A stretch of 64,000 nt of DNA, taken from contig OY740814.1 in NCBI GenBank assembly GCA_963514005.1, positions 11,656,001 through 11,720,000 on the forward strand, read 5' to 3'. Shown piece after piece: positions 35,917 through 48,771 of this stretch. This stretch comes from Raja brachyura (taxonomy: Eukaryota). The position numbers and the translations under genes were made by a program. The first letter of the stretch is position 1, and each line of letters opens with the position of its first letter. Under the pieces are notes generated by a model. It did no database searches, was not told the origin of the DNA, and was given only the letters and a program-made list of their open reading frames with translations.

Positions 35917-36722
35917 ATTAATTCTCCGACATTTTCAACCAATAGATAATCCTCCGACTTTTTCGCCACTTCCAACGGGATCCCACCACTGGCCACATCT
36001 TCCCATCTCCTCCCCTTTCAGCTTTCCACAGAGCCCGCTCCCTCCGTAACTCCCTAGTCAATTTGTCCCTTCCCACCCAAACCACCCACTCCCCTGGTAC
36101 TTTCCCTTGCAACTGCAGGAAATGCTACACTTGTCGCTTTACCTCCCCCCTTGACTTCATGCAAGGACCCAAGCAGTCTTTCCATGTGCGGCAGAGGTTC
36201 ACTTGCACATCCTCCAACACCATTTATTGCATCCACTGCTCTAGATCGGTGAGACCAAGCATAGGCTCGGCGATCGCTTCGCCCAACACCTTCACTCGGT
36301 TCGCACTAATCAACCTGATCTCCCAGTAGCCCAGCACTTCAACTCCCCATCCCATTCCGAATTCGACCTTTCTGTCCTGGGCCTCCTCCATGGCCAGAGT
36401 GAGTCCCACCACAATTTGGACGAGCAGCACCTCATATTTAGCTTAGGCAGTTTACACCCCAGCGGTATGAACATTGTATAGTGTCAGGTAGTCCTTGCTT
36501 TCTCCCTCCTTCCCCTCCCCTTCCAAGCTCTCCCACAGCCTACTGTCTCCTCCTCTTCCTTTCATCTGCTCCCCCCCCCACCTCCACATCAGTCTGAAGA
36601 TGGATCTCGACCCAAAATTTCACCTATTCCTTCGTTCCAAAGATGCTGCCTCACCCGATGAGTTTATTCAGCATTTTTGTCTACCTTCGATTTTTCCAGC
36701 ATCTGCAGTTCTTTCTTAAACA
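35917..36722 (+). mobile_element. Penelope-like element 3' part (GIY-YIG endonuclease remnant plus pLTR) nested in the Tc1
   Basis: PGTFPCNCRKCYTC..FTCTSSNTIYCIHCSR..GETKHRLGDRFAQHL. pLTR at 36590-36722. TSD aaaatactaaa(c/t)at at 35903-35916 and 36723-36736. Confidence 0.9.
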
Positions 36723-38858
36723 AAAATACTAAATATGGCTACTTTCATTTACATGGCATTGCTGTGTGCCAAACATTACAGTGCCCTGAAAAGGGGGGGG
36801 CGGGACTACGTATAAACATTGCTATAATTTCTACATGGTGAAACCAAAATATATAAAAATGGCCTCTATTAAAATCTGACAATGTGCACTTTAACCACAT
36901 GTGATTTTTTTCTATTGCAAATCTCAAATTGTGGAGTACAGAGGCAAATAAATAAATGAGATGTCTTTGTCCCAAACATTATGGAGGGCACTGTATTGCA
37001 TGAGGCATCATACATATGAAATGCCAATCCCAACTGTTCACATAGAACAGTTAATATTGGTGTTTTCTTGCCATACTTCATCTATACAATGAGTTCCAAT
37101 GCATCTATTTGCACCCTAGGACAGTACTAGGACCCTAGGACGCTGCAAGGCTCTATTTGCATCACACTTAAAGTATTTCAATGCTACCAATGCTATCGCA
37201 AAGAGCGAGCAACAACACGAGTCATGCCGCTCGTGGGTAAAACAAAACTAGGCCTATACCATGCTTCACACTTATTCGGCAATTGTACAGAAAATGCCAT
37301 CTATTGACAAAAATAAAGCACATTTACCCGGCAGGGTATTGCTTATTTGAAAAAGGTAAGTAATCAAAAGCACAAGTTCAACAAACACAAAGTGATAAGC
37401 AAGTGGCTCCTCAGTCTTCACGAACAAATCTGCAGCAACTGAAAAGAACTTCAGGATAACCATTCACCCCTATAAGCCAATTTTAGAATTCAATTACATA
37501 TCTGTGGATCTGTATCAAAACTATTTACACAAATTGCACTATATGCCTACACATTCTTACTAGGAAAATCCATTAACATCGTCGTCAACATTTCAATTGG
37601 CACAGCATATTTGGCAAGCTGTGTTTCAATTCCAATTATACTGATGTTTCCTAGACTCATTTTCACCCTGGTCCTTTTCTTCCTTCATTTTGCCTACAAT
37701 CACCACTGGTAACCGCATTATCTTCCTCCAAAACTTTGCTGCAAAGCACCTCTGAGTGAGAAAGCACATATCTTCATTTTAATTTTTCTCTAGTAATTTG
37801 TAGCCACAGAATCATCTGGAATTTCTGCTCTTGCCCCCACATTATCACTGAGAGCTCCCAAATATTGTGGATTCTTTCCGTATGCCTGCTGTCTCCCAAC
37901 ATCTTTCCACAGTAAAGCGCACAAGTACAGTGACAACCCTCAGTCCCAACTCACTTCTTGCAACCATTCCAAACGCTCACATTTGAAATCTGTTAGATGA
38001 GCATAAATTTCCCCAGATAAATATTTGGAAGACCTGTATACATGTATTTTCCTGCCACTAATCTCAGCAATCTGTCTACAACTGTAGGAATCTGACCTCA
38101 ACCTTTCGTGACTTATTTGCAGAAACCGATTCATAACATCACCATGGCTCCCAATCCCCAACTCCATAAAGTCCAACTCAAATCTCCAATCAAAACATTA
38201 CCCCACATGAACCCCAGATTTATTTGTTTCAATGTTTGTTCTGGAATACCTCCCAACTGCTATACTGTTGGGAGTTAATCTTATCCAACATTATGCCATA
38301 CATCAACTCATAACATGCGCGCCCCCCCCCCCCCCCGCCCTCCCCCGATTTCCATGTTGCTACTGTTCACCTCAACCAATATAATTATTTCCACCCTTTC
38401 CTCACCAACCAGACTCCATCTACCCATCAACTCCTGTGCAACCTAACCCACTTAACACCTGCCAGCTCTTGTCTCACCCCACCCCCTCATCCCTTTATGC
38501 TGGCTATCTCCTCTGTAAACTAAGTCTTGATGCAGGGTGTCAATATTTCTCTCTCTCTCTCTCTCCAGATGTTGCCCGACCCAGAGCATTGTCAGCAATC
38601 ATTTTCTTTCAAATCTGCATCGTCACCTCCTTACATATCCCCAGCTCAGCTGCCAATAACCATGCTTTCTACTGCTAGACCCCACGATTTGAAATTCTCT
38701 GAATCTCTCCAGTCATCCAGCATCATGTTCTCTGGTTAGCATATGTAATGCATGGTGTAATGGGGATCAGTCCTGGACCCACAACATTTTACAAAGATAT
38801 ATAAATAACTGGAAGGCAAATGTATGTAAGATTAATATAAGAAAGGAATGTGAACAGG

Positions 38859-39146
38859 ACCGTGCGGCAATGTGGCGCAGCATTAGAGTCAGAGAACCGG
38901 ATTCGATCCTGACTATGACGCGTCTGTACAGAGCTTGTATTTGTCCCGTGACTGCGTGGATTTTCCTAGAGATATCCGGTTTCCTCCCACACTCCAGACG
39001 TACAGGTTTGTAGGTTAATTGGATTGGTAAAATTATAAATTGTTCCTAGTGTGCGTAGAATAGTGTTAATGTGCAGGTATCGCTGGCTGGTGCGGTCTCG
39101 GTGGACCAAAGGGCCTATTTCCACTTTGTACCTCTAAACTAAACTA
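38859..39146 (+). mobile_element. HE1-like tRNA-derived SINE
   Basis: A-box tggcgcagcatt, B-box ggattcgatcc, CR1-like 3' part and (ctaaa)n tail. Confidence 0.88.
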
Positions 39147-40388
39147 TAGTAGTCTTGTCTATAAAGGATGAAGCTTGGTTGTTCATCGTGAGAAAGCTGG
39201 TTATACATAAGGTCAAATGCCTCTGTAGATGATCATTGTGAGAGTAACACAGCAGAATTTACATTCAAATTATTTGAACAAAAAATATGCAACATCAGCT
39301 TGTACTTCATAAACAGATTATTTTATTGATCCAATTTAAACCATAAGAAATCATACAACTGTTTATAATAAGGTTCATAATGTCAAGACAATTAATTTTT
39401 GAATAGCAGTTAACGTTTTCACATTACGCTGTAAACAAACTTAACTCCCTATAGTGGGAGAAAAGGGAAATTCTGTTCTACAAATCTACATGCATTATCC
39501 CATATCCAAACATAATGAATTATCAAGCTAGAGGCAAAATTGTATCCACTCAGAACAATCCATTATCTGTGTCAAGTTAATGTTCCATGTTGAGCCATAT
39601 GGCATGGATGCACATTCAAAGAAAATTCCCCAAACTTGTTCTAATCAGCACTTGCAACCATCCAAAAAACTGACACAGTTTTGTGTTTTATACATTTTCT
39701 TAATATCCATGGCAAAAAAAAAAACAGGATCCAGGACAGGAAAAGTGGGAGTAATGCAAGAGGGAGCTGGGTAAAAATACAGATGGTGAACTCTGAATAC
39801 ATAGTTCCAGGGAAACCAGACTCAGTTGTAAATGGGTCAACGCAAAACAATGCCAGATTTATTTGCAGTCAAGGAATAACAGAGCAACTAGTGAAATCTG
39901 CTAATGTAAAACAACAGACAACGTTGGCCGAAAAGGATAGCAATGCAACAAACTTCATTTTCCAGTGAGTGGGTTCATGTATTTAAAAGTTGCATGCAAC
40001 ACATTACGCATATTAAATATTCCCCAAGAGGATTATACAATTATCTGATGGGAGTCTGGAGTTTCACAACCAAATCTTAAGTAGCACAAGTGAATTTCTA
40101 AGAGTTCATACCAAACTATGTTTTGCATGTATACAATTTTAATTGACAACATTAAATCAATTTACATGTAAACCCATTGCACAATCCAGATTAACCAACA
40201 TCAGACTAGAAGATTCTTGATTAATATTTTAAATTAGAAAATTGCAATTAATATCAATATCTCTAATTCAAAAAAACATTAAATCCATTATGAGCAGGTC
40301 AAAGATAGAATTAAGAACTCCCAGAAGCCTATTGTACCTGACAGTAGACCTCACATCAAGCGTATCTGGAGCCTACAACTAGAGCTGA

Positions 40389-40520
40389 NNNNNNNNNNNN
40401 NNNNNNNNNNNNNNNNNNNNNNNNNNNNNNNNNNNNNNNNNNNNNNNNNNNNNNNNNNNNNNNNNNNNNNNNNNNNNNNNNNNNNNNNNNNNNNNNNNNN
40501 NNNNNNNNNNNNNNNNNNNN
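40389..40520. other. Assembly gap
   Basis: Run of N. Confidence 1.
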
Positions 40521-41053
40521 GTTAATGAGTCCTTATTTGCATATTTATTTTTTCCCTTTGTTGAAATGTCATTGATTATTACATTCTACCATGATGAATG
40601 CTACTGCTGATGTGCTCTGATATGTAATTAGTCATTAGGTGGAATGAATAGATCAATTATGAGAAAGGTCCAGGATTAAGCAATATAAAACAAGAAATAC
40701 AGATAGAAAGCTGAATTTAAAAAAATAATAAAATCCTTAAGGGAGGTGGAAAACTTTTCAGATCAAGAGAATGCTGCGTGTATCTTCTCTCCATAAGTGC
40801 TCATTGCAAAGTAATAGAATAAGATTCAATTTGCACCATGGTAAACATGAGCATCTAAAATACAATTTTAGCAATTGCTCAGATCACAAGATTTTAGTCG
40901 TTTTAGATTTTTTTTTAAATCATTCCGATAGCAAAATTACTTTTCCCATTTTTGCAATGAAAAATGCAAGCATCATTTCAGGGAAAGAATAATGTTTGCC
41001 TTTAGAGCAGCTCACTGTTACTATCCTCCAGCCAGCACAAGCTATTCACTGAC

Positions 41054-41201
41054 NNNNNNNNNNNNNNNNNNNNNNNNNNNNNNNNNNNNNNNNNNNNNNN
41101 NNNNNNNNNNNNNNNNNNNNNNNNNNNNNNNNNNNNNNNNNNNNNNNNNNNNNNNNNNNNNNNNNNNNNNNNNNNNNNNNNNNNNNNNNNNNNNNNNNNN
41201 N
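41054..41201. other. Assembly gap
   Basis: Run of N. Confidence 1.
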
Positions 41202-42292
41202 TGGCACCCCGAGGAACTCAGAAAGGGGGAGGGTCTCATGAGTCTTACTGGTCCATGCCTGATGACTTCATAATCACACATCATTTCATTCACTGGAGGA
41301 TACAAAACATCAAACTAATAACCTTCCACTGGAAATGGTCATGTTGTGCATATTAATAAATGCACTGATGATAGTGAGGAACTTGTCTCATCCTTGTATT
41401 CACAGTGCACAAGACAAGGAACACACAGTTGCATATTATCTCAGGAAGGCTATTGCATTGATATTAACAACAATGAAAACATTAAACAAATCTGTGTCTA
41501 AAGCAGGCTGACAATGGAATAACACACATTAACAAAACATTCAAAAATCAACTATATTAATGTACTCAAAGCCACATTATATTTGTGAAACTACTGATTA
41601 AAATAAACGGTGGAAAATGAAAGATAAATGACCGGAATTGAGTTACTGATGAAGATTATTACAATATTTGTTAACATGGATGTGCGAAGATCAGACAGGC
41701 TCCAGAACATGCTGCTTACATTATGGTTCTAATATAAGTGACCACGTTTTGCCAGCAGCTGCACATAAAAGTACTAGCATTTCTCAGCTTATGTCCCCAG
41801 AAGTTTTAGGCTTTAAGCGCAGCCAATATTTTCCAGCTGAGCCCCCAGAAGAAGCAGGATTGTGCTTTTATTCTACAGCATTTCCACTGGAGAATCTAAT
41901 GGTGAAGAATCTAAAATAAAGGAAATTCACACTTTTTTTTAAAGCACAGAATGTTAAATAAAGTGTTTTCAGTTGATACTCTTTTCTCAAAAGTGTTCGT
42001 ATTCTTTTTAAAAGTTTCAGAATATCTTAGCCAAATTGACTGTATCCAATGACACCTTTTGTAGAAATCAATGGAGGTTCATGACACAGGAGGGCAGTCA
42101 GCCCATTTTGTGTACAACAATCACAAGGACTCTTCCCCAGTTAATCTATCACTTTGCAGGACTAGTATACAGATCTGCAGGTCACTGTTCGTCATTTTAA
42201 AATTATTTTTTGCTTCACCACCCTTTCAGTCACCCTCTGTTGAATTTTGTTTCCATATCCCTCCATCTGCCTTCTATCAATTACTTTAATCA

Positions 42293-42632
42293 GACCCGAT
42301 GAAAAGTCTCAACCTAAAATGTCAACTGTCCATTTCCCTTCAAAGACTGCATGACCTGCTGCGTTCTCAGAGTTCTTCCAGCTGCTCTATTTTGAAGAAG
42401 GGGCTCGACCTGAAACGTCACCAATTCCTTCTCTCCAGAGATGCTGCCTGTCCCACTGAGTTATTGCAGCATTTTGTGTATATTTTCGATGTAAACCAGC
42501 ATCTGCAGTTCCTTCCGACACAAAAGAGATTGCAGATGCAGGAGTCTGAAGAAGGGTGCCAACCTGAACCATTGTTTGTCTATTTCTCTCCACAAATACT
42601 GCCTGGCCCTTTGATTTCCTCTAGTAGTTCTT
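42293..42632 (+). mobile_element. Cluster of three Penelope-pLTR-derived short elements
   Basis: Hammerhead-like starts at ~42297 (ccgatgaaaagtctcaacctaaaatgtc), 42392 (ttgaagaaggggctcgacctgaaacgtc) and 42546 (ctgaagaagggtgccaacctgaa). Confidence 0.8.
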
Positions 42633-43344
42633 CAGTTCACGATGATTTGTATTCAATTCTGACATGTTCCAGACCACAACGGTCTTATACAAGACAGAAC
42701 ATCGATATTATCTATGAAGGGACAAATAAAATAAACTCTGTGCCTCTTCAGTCATCAGGCCCGTACAATCACACGGGTAACACAGTTGCTAGTCATGCTA
42801 ATTTTCAGTTTGACATAAAGCATAAAAAAGATGTTGAGATCTGACATCAGCACTTCCAGCAGTTTATTTTGCTCCAAATTCCAGTATCCGCAGTCCCTCA
42901 TTTCTCCATTCTGTTTCACCTAATCTTATCCTAGCACTCGACATTAAATCCCACCACACAAGGGCCATACTTTTTCCATCATCACACTGCCATTTTCTAT
43001 GATATTTGCTAGTTTTCTAGTGTGGGGTCCAACACCAAGAAGCAGTGGACTGATGAATGAGGCCACCCAAGCAATAGGCCATCCTTGCACCTCCAGCCTC
43101 TTCAAGACCATGAAGAAATAACAGAACAGACAACCCCATGAACCTGCTGCAGCATTAAACACGATCATGACTTGTGGTCTTGGTCTCTCGTCCATATTCT
43201 TGCCAGACCCCCATGACTCTTAATTCCCTCAAAGCCCTCCAAAGTAATTTAAGGATGTCTCCTCCTTGAATATACTTAATGATTCAGCATCCAGATATTG
43301 CTGGGTGGGAAATTGCACGATTCACAACCCTGAAAAGAGTTCTT

Positions 43345-44405
43345 GAATGCCTTTATTGTCATTCAGACCTTTCGGTCTGAACGAAATTTCGTGCCTGCAG
43401 TTATACATATATAAAAATAACAATACCATACAATAAACACAAAATTAACATCCTCCACAGTGAGTTCACCAAACACCTCCTCACTGTGGTGGAAGGCAAA
43501 AGTCTTAGGGTCTCCGTCTTTTCTCCCCTCCTTATTCTCCCTCTGCGCTGAGGGGATCCAGGCCGCCGCCACCGCTGACGCCGGAACACCGCCACAGGGC
43601 CCGCCGCCGGAACGTCGCTGGAGCACCGCAGCTCCCGAAAGCCAGGCCGCCGCTGGAGCACCGCAGCTCCCGAAAGCCAGGCCGCCGCTGGAGCACCGCA
43701 GCTCCCGAAACCCAGGCCGCCGCTGGAGCACCCAGCTCCCGAAACCCAGGCCGCCGCTGGAGCACCGCAGCTCAGAGGGAGCCAGGCCGCCGCTGGAGCA
43801 CCGCACTCAGAGGGAGCCAGGCCGCCGCTGGAGCACCGCAGCTCAGAGGGAGCCAGGCCGCCGCTGGAGCACCGCAGCTCCCGACACCCAAGCCGCCGCT
43901 GGAGCACCGCAGCTCCCGACACCCAGGCCGCCGCTGGAGCACCGCAGCTCCCGACACCCAGGCCGCCGCTGAAGCACCGCAGCTCCCGACACCCAGGCCG
44001 TCGCTGGAGCACCGCAGCTCAGAGGGAGCCAGGCCGCCGCTGGAGCACCGCAGCTCCCGACACCCAGGCCGCCGCTGGAGCACCGCAGCTCCCGAAGCCC
44101 AGGCCGCCGCCGGAAGCCAGGTCGCCGCTGAAGCTCTGAAGGCCGTGCCGCCGCCGCTGGAAGCTGGAAGGCCGTCACCAGGTCCTCAGCACAGACGGAG
44201 ACGGTGTCGGGGGACACGACAGGAAAAGTCGCATCCCCCCGAAGGGAGAGACTAAAACCCCGTTTCTCCCACCCTCCCCCCCCCCACACACATACACAAC
44301 CCGACAAACCAAAAATAAACACCAAAAACAGGGACGAGGACAAAAATAAAATAAAAGACAGACGGACCGCAGGTGAGCCGCAGCTGACAAGCAGCGCCAC
44401 CACTC
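43345..44405 (-). mobile_element. GC-rich non-autonomous retroposon family, copy C with expanded minisatellite
   Basis: ctttattgtcatt tail signature at 43351, hairpin ccacagtgag/ctcactgtgg, and 5' region similar to 16960-17160. Confidence 0.82.
43615..44110. repeat. GC-rich minisatellite, about 14 units of 35/36 bp
   Basis: Unit ccaggccgccgctggagcaccgcagctc followed by ccgacac, ccgaaag, ccgaaac or agagggag. Confidence 0.95.
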
Positions 44406-47400
44406 CGAAGAACTTCAATCTTAAATGATTGATCACTTTTCCTGGATCTTAGCCCTAGCTCTAGACTTTGGTTTCAGCCAACCCTGTTTGCTTTCCAAAG
44501 ATACACTTCATGTCAGGAAGCAACCTTCTCTGGACTGCGTCCAAAATAAATATATCCTTCCTTATATGTGTTCATAACTGGTCTGGTCACATCAAAGTCT
44601 TGCAGGGAAATATTGACCAATACTTAGCAATATCCTGATATTACAGGCCTGAATTGTACCCCATGCCCTTTCATATTTAGGAATCTAATCACTTCAACAT
44701 TTGTGGCAGAGAATACGCATGATGTCTTGTACGTAGAAAAGTGCAAATAGACATGGAGAACAGTATGACAATCTGATCAAAGCATTAACTTACGATACAA
44801 TGAAGTAATAATAATTTAAAGGCACAAATTTAAAATTATGGAAATTTAAGAAGGCAGGTTAGTGTGGTTCGTTTGGAGATATGACATTTGGAGGAGTGAT
44901 ACTTGGGCAGTTAAATCCACCAGGCAAAAAAGGTGGAAAGATCATGCAAATGGTAAGAATTTAAAAAATCTTCAGACCAATTAAATAATTTTGCATTTCA
45001 CGCATGACAAAGTCAACATAAAGCAAGAGGTAGAGATGTAAATGGAAGGTGCATCTACTATAGTCATTCATAAAGTGCACAAATCAATGTTCTAGGTATC
45101 TTCGTTCAAGGTAACTTTGCACAAAATAATGTTCTGGGATAAGCAGGGAAATTGCAAAAACGAGCTGTGCCCAGAGCTGAATCTGTTGTCCTGGGGCAGC
45201 ATGCATGGTCAAAAATGACATATGATTAACATTAAATTCAAGCATTTAAAAAGTATACTGTTAATTGCTAACATTAACTGCAATTGACTGATTTTATCCA
45301 AATATACAGGCATACAAATATCATGAAGTATTGCCAGAGGATATATGCTGAGGCTAACGAACCACATTTTCAATTACAAGATTTATCGAAAGGGATTTTA
45401 GGGTTGGAAGTACATGTCCAGCACTTACAACTATTTTCTTATTGTCTGTTTATATTGAACTTGCAATGATTTAACAACTATGAAAGCCTGTTCAATTAAC
45501 ACACCAGTATATAAATGAGATCAACATTCAACTAAAAAGGGAAATTGCATTCCTAGCCTCCACAGGACAGATGCATGGTCTAAGGCACACTAATAGATCA
45601 ATTTCCAAAGATTTTCTGATGAAGGTACGGTTTTGCAAATTACATTAGCCTTCATAAAAGTTCCCTCCATAGCTGTCTTTTGTGCAAGGTAGACTTTGTT
45701 ACAGAAAAAAACCTATGATGTCCCAAACGTACTACACAACCAAAGTTAATCCAAGATGCAGCCTATGTTCCAATGCAAATAAACGGAGCATCAACAGTAA
45801 CGGGTAACATTTATACATTTAATTGACCTGTTCTATAATGTGAGCATCCAATCAGATTTGGTTTTCCCAACACATACTACTAAATTAACACTTCCTGAAA
45901 ATAGCAGAACTTTTAATATTTTATTACTTCACATTTGACCTTACAATGCACAACAAATCTGCAGCTGTTGCTGCTGGCAATATTTCAAAGCGACTATTTC
46001 ATATTTTGATAACTGAGCATTTCTTCAACATTGATCTGATTATCCAGTTGTAAATATTAATTTGATTGCAATTACTACAGCCAGTGACGTAATATTCCCC
46101 CTTTATGCTCAAATTGAAATAGTAATTAGCTAATGTGTAACATTAAAATGCTATATTCCGCTAAAAAGAATGTACACATTTTGTTGGGCAAAAGCGGATC
46201 ACGACATATCCTCAAAAATGAACTGGATCCAAACAGGAAACTGCGCAAATGTACTGGATTCAAACAGGAAAAGGAAAACAACCAACTGGTATATAAAAAC
46301 AGAATTAGAGTTATTTAAAATCTTGACAAGGAAGGTTGACAATGAATTTTCATTGACATTAACTGGCACATCTTGCTGGATGTTAAGTACATGCCCTCTC
46401 AAATGAAGTTCAAATGCAGTGATTTCCCAAACATTTCGGAAGCAACCTTAAAATATACAATGTCATCTCAATTATTCTTCAATATGCCAAACTAAATATT
46501 TCACAATATTTTCAGCTTCTAACGCAAGCTAATTGTCAAAAACACTGATACTTTGTTTAAAATTCTTAAAACTTTTAACATTGCAATCAGCAATAACATT
46601 AACAAGACATTATTATACAAATAAAACTGTTGTGAAACACATGAAATGCACATTTGGAAAGACCAGATATATATTTTTATAGTTATGTTTTAATATTTTC
46701 CAAAGCCCATCAGAAAGAATAATGAAGACATGAGAAACTAATGAGTCTTAATATTCTAATAGCTAAAAAGTATTAGAATACACTCATTTTACACCATCTC
46801 TCTCAAGCCGGGTATACAAAAGAGTTTATTACTTAAAAACAAAATCAATTGAATGTTGAACATAGAAAAAAAAAACTAGGAATTCATAGACCAAACATCT
46901 GAAGTGAAAGAAACCAAGTTAATAGTTGATGTTTAAAACACATCATTTAAAAGACATTTGGACAGGTATTTAAGACAGGAAAGTGGAGGGATACAGGCCT
47001 ATTGAAGACAAATGGGATTAATGGAGATATGCATCCTTGTCAGCAGAGACAAGTACCTTTCATCGTAATTAAGTCCCACAATTACATGGGGAGGGGTTTG
47101 AGGGAGAAGGGCACAGCAATTAACGAGTGGGGAAAGAGCAGACAAGAGTGCGAGAGAAGAATAGATTAATGTGCACAAGAATAATGAAGACAGAAAGCTT
47201 ACAAGAGCAGGCAAAGCCCGGAAACCATTTATGACCTATACTACCTGACTAGTCCTAAACCTAACAGAAGAGTGACAAATCAGTGCTCCTGTCACAGCTG
47301 CTAACTGGGAAGAAAGCGACCTCTCCAGGGAATTCAAAACCAACCAGACACCTGCTGCAGTGATTGTGTGCAGGACGTGAAGTTGATGCAGAACTTTGAT

Positions 47401-47864
47401 AAGCCTCAAGGCCCAATTAGAATACTAGCCAGAAAATGCAGAGTATTTTTCTTCTTATACAGGCAATAAAAAACAATGACACAGATTTCACTGCTAATAC
47501 ACAAAAACAATGGACAATAAAAGGCACACACTGTCAATAAATGACTAGGTAATTCAATTTCCAGGAAAATCATTATGCTGCATCAAAAGAAAATGAAAAA
47601 CAGATGAATGTAATTTCTTACTGAGCAAAATGCATTGGTGCTATACTTCAGACCATTGCAACATTTTGTAATACTGCAATATTATACAGGATTAATACTG
47701 CTGAATCACCGCAGAAGCAAGACAATATTGCTTTAATCCTTTAAATGTATTTCTATACAAAACTTAGATCGATAAAATACTGAAGTCTCATAAATAAAAT
47801 GGAACTGTCCTACACTACAGAATAATTCTCGCAGCTTAAAAATAAAACACCAAAAGACTAAGAA

Positions 47865-48131
47865 CGGTCACAGTGGCGCAGCGGTAGAGCAGCAGCCTTA
47901 CAGTGAATGCAGCGCCGGAGACCCGGGTTCAATCCCGACTTCAGGTGCTTGTCTGTACGGAATTTGTACATTCTCCCTGCTAATGTTTGTAGGTTAATTG
48001 GCTTGGTAAATGTAAAAAATGTCCCAAGTGGGTGTAGGATAGTGTTAATGTGCAGGGATCGCTGGTCAGCGCGGACCTGGCAGGCCGAAGGGCCTGTTTC
48101 CACGCTGTATCTCTAAACTAAATTAAACTAA
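47865..48131 (+). mobile_element. HE1-like tRNA-derived SINE
   Basis: A-box tggcgcagcgg, B-box gggttcaatcc, tail ctaaactaaattaaactaaa. Confidence 0.9.
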
Positions 48132-48645
48132 AGCAGAGTACAAAGTTCACTTCAAGATTATTTGTGCAATCTACTTTCATTTACACTATGCCAAACCACA
48201 TTAGCATCATGGTCAACTAGGTATTTCTGCATTTTGCCAGATACCATAGCTGAGAATGCTGGTTCAATGCTCACATTTACACTCCACTTTGGTTAGGAGG
48301 ATGGCTGGTACTTTGTTCTTCAAATGTCAGTTACACTATGCTCTAGATTCCTGCCTTCAACAAAGCACAAGAAAATTTGAAGATGCACAAAGATCAAGAG
48401 ATCTACAAGATTCTTTTCCTTAAATAATGTAGAAACCACCCCACCTTTAAAAGGTATGCGGGGCTTTGAGAATATAGATGCTTCAAAAACTATTTTTCTC
48501 GTGTAACTATTTTCATTTCACGTTCATTAATCTTGATATTACCGTTATTACTGAATTAGGTAAGGAATCGAGTAACATAGATACCCAGACAAGTGTTAAC
48601 AATATGCGTTTGAAAATTACACCAAACTAATGAACTGAAATAGTA

Positions 48646-48771
48646 CAGGTTTGTTTCTACCCGAAACGTTGCCCATTTAATTCGCTCCATAGATGCTGCC
48701 TCACCCACTGAGTTTCTCCAGCATTTTTGTCTACCTTCGATTTTCGAGCATCTGCAGTTCCTTCTTAAACA
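48646..48771 (+). mobile_element. Penelope-pLTR-derived insertion, truncated within the hammerhead
   Basis: TSD aactgaaatagta (48633-48645, 48772-48784); body matches 36610-36722. Confidence 0.88.

Larger units (their letters stand above)
34550..36993 (+). mobile_element. Tc1/mariner DNA transposon, IR/DR type, full-length but decayed
   Basis: TIRs of about 220 bp: cagtgccctccataatgtttgggacaaagac at 34550 and its reverse complement ending 36993 followed by TA (left TA mutated to TC). Inner direct repeat cataatgtttgggaca near 34754. Confidence 0.95.

Noticed and set aside
42299-42844. 181-aa plus-strand ORF
   Set aside because: Chance read-through of adjacent non-coding pLTR-derived repeats; no recognisable domain.
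43615-44110. CRISPR-like appearance (constant 28-bp repeat with variable inserts)
   Set aside because: The variable parts are only 7-8 bp and recur, there are no cas genes, and the context is a vertebrate intron. It is a minisatellite.
43363-44436. Multiple long overlapping ORFs (147-203 aa) on both strands
   Set aside because: They arise from a stop-poor GC-rich 35/36-bp tandem repeat inside a retroposon; the peptides are repetitive and have no splice context.
47865-47940. Possible tRNA gene
   Set aside because: A and B boxes are present but continue into a SINE body and tail repeated elsewhere in the window; no convincing cloverleaf.
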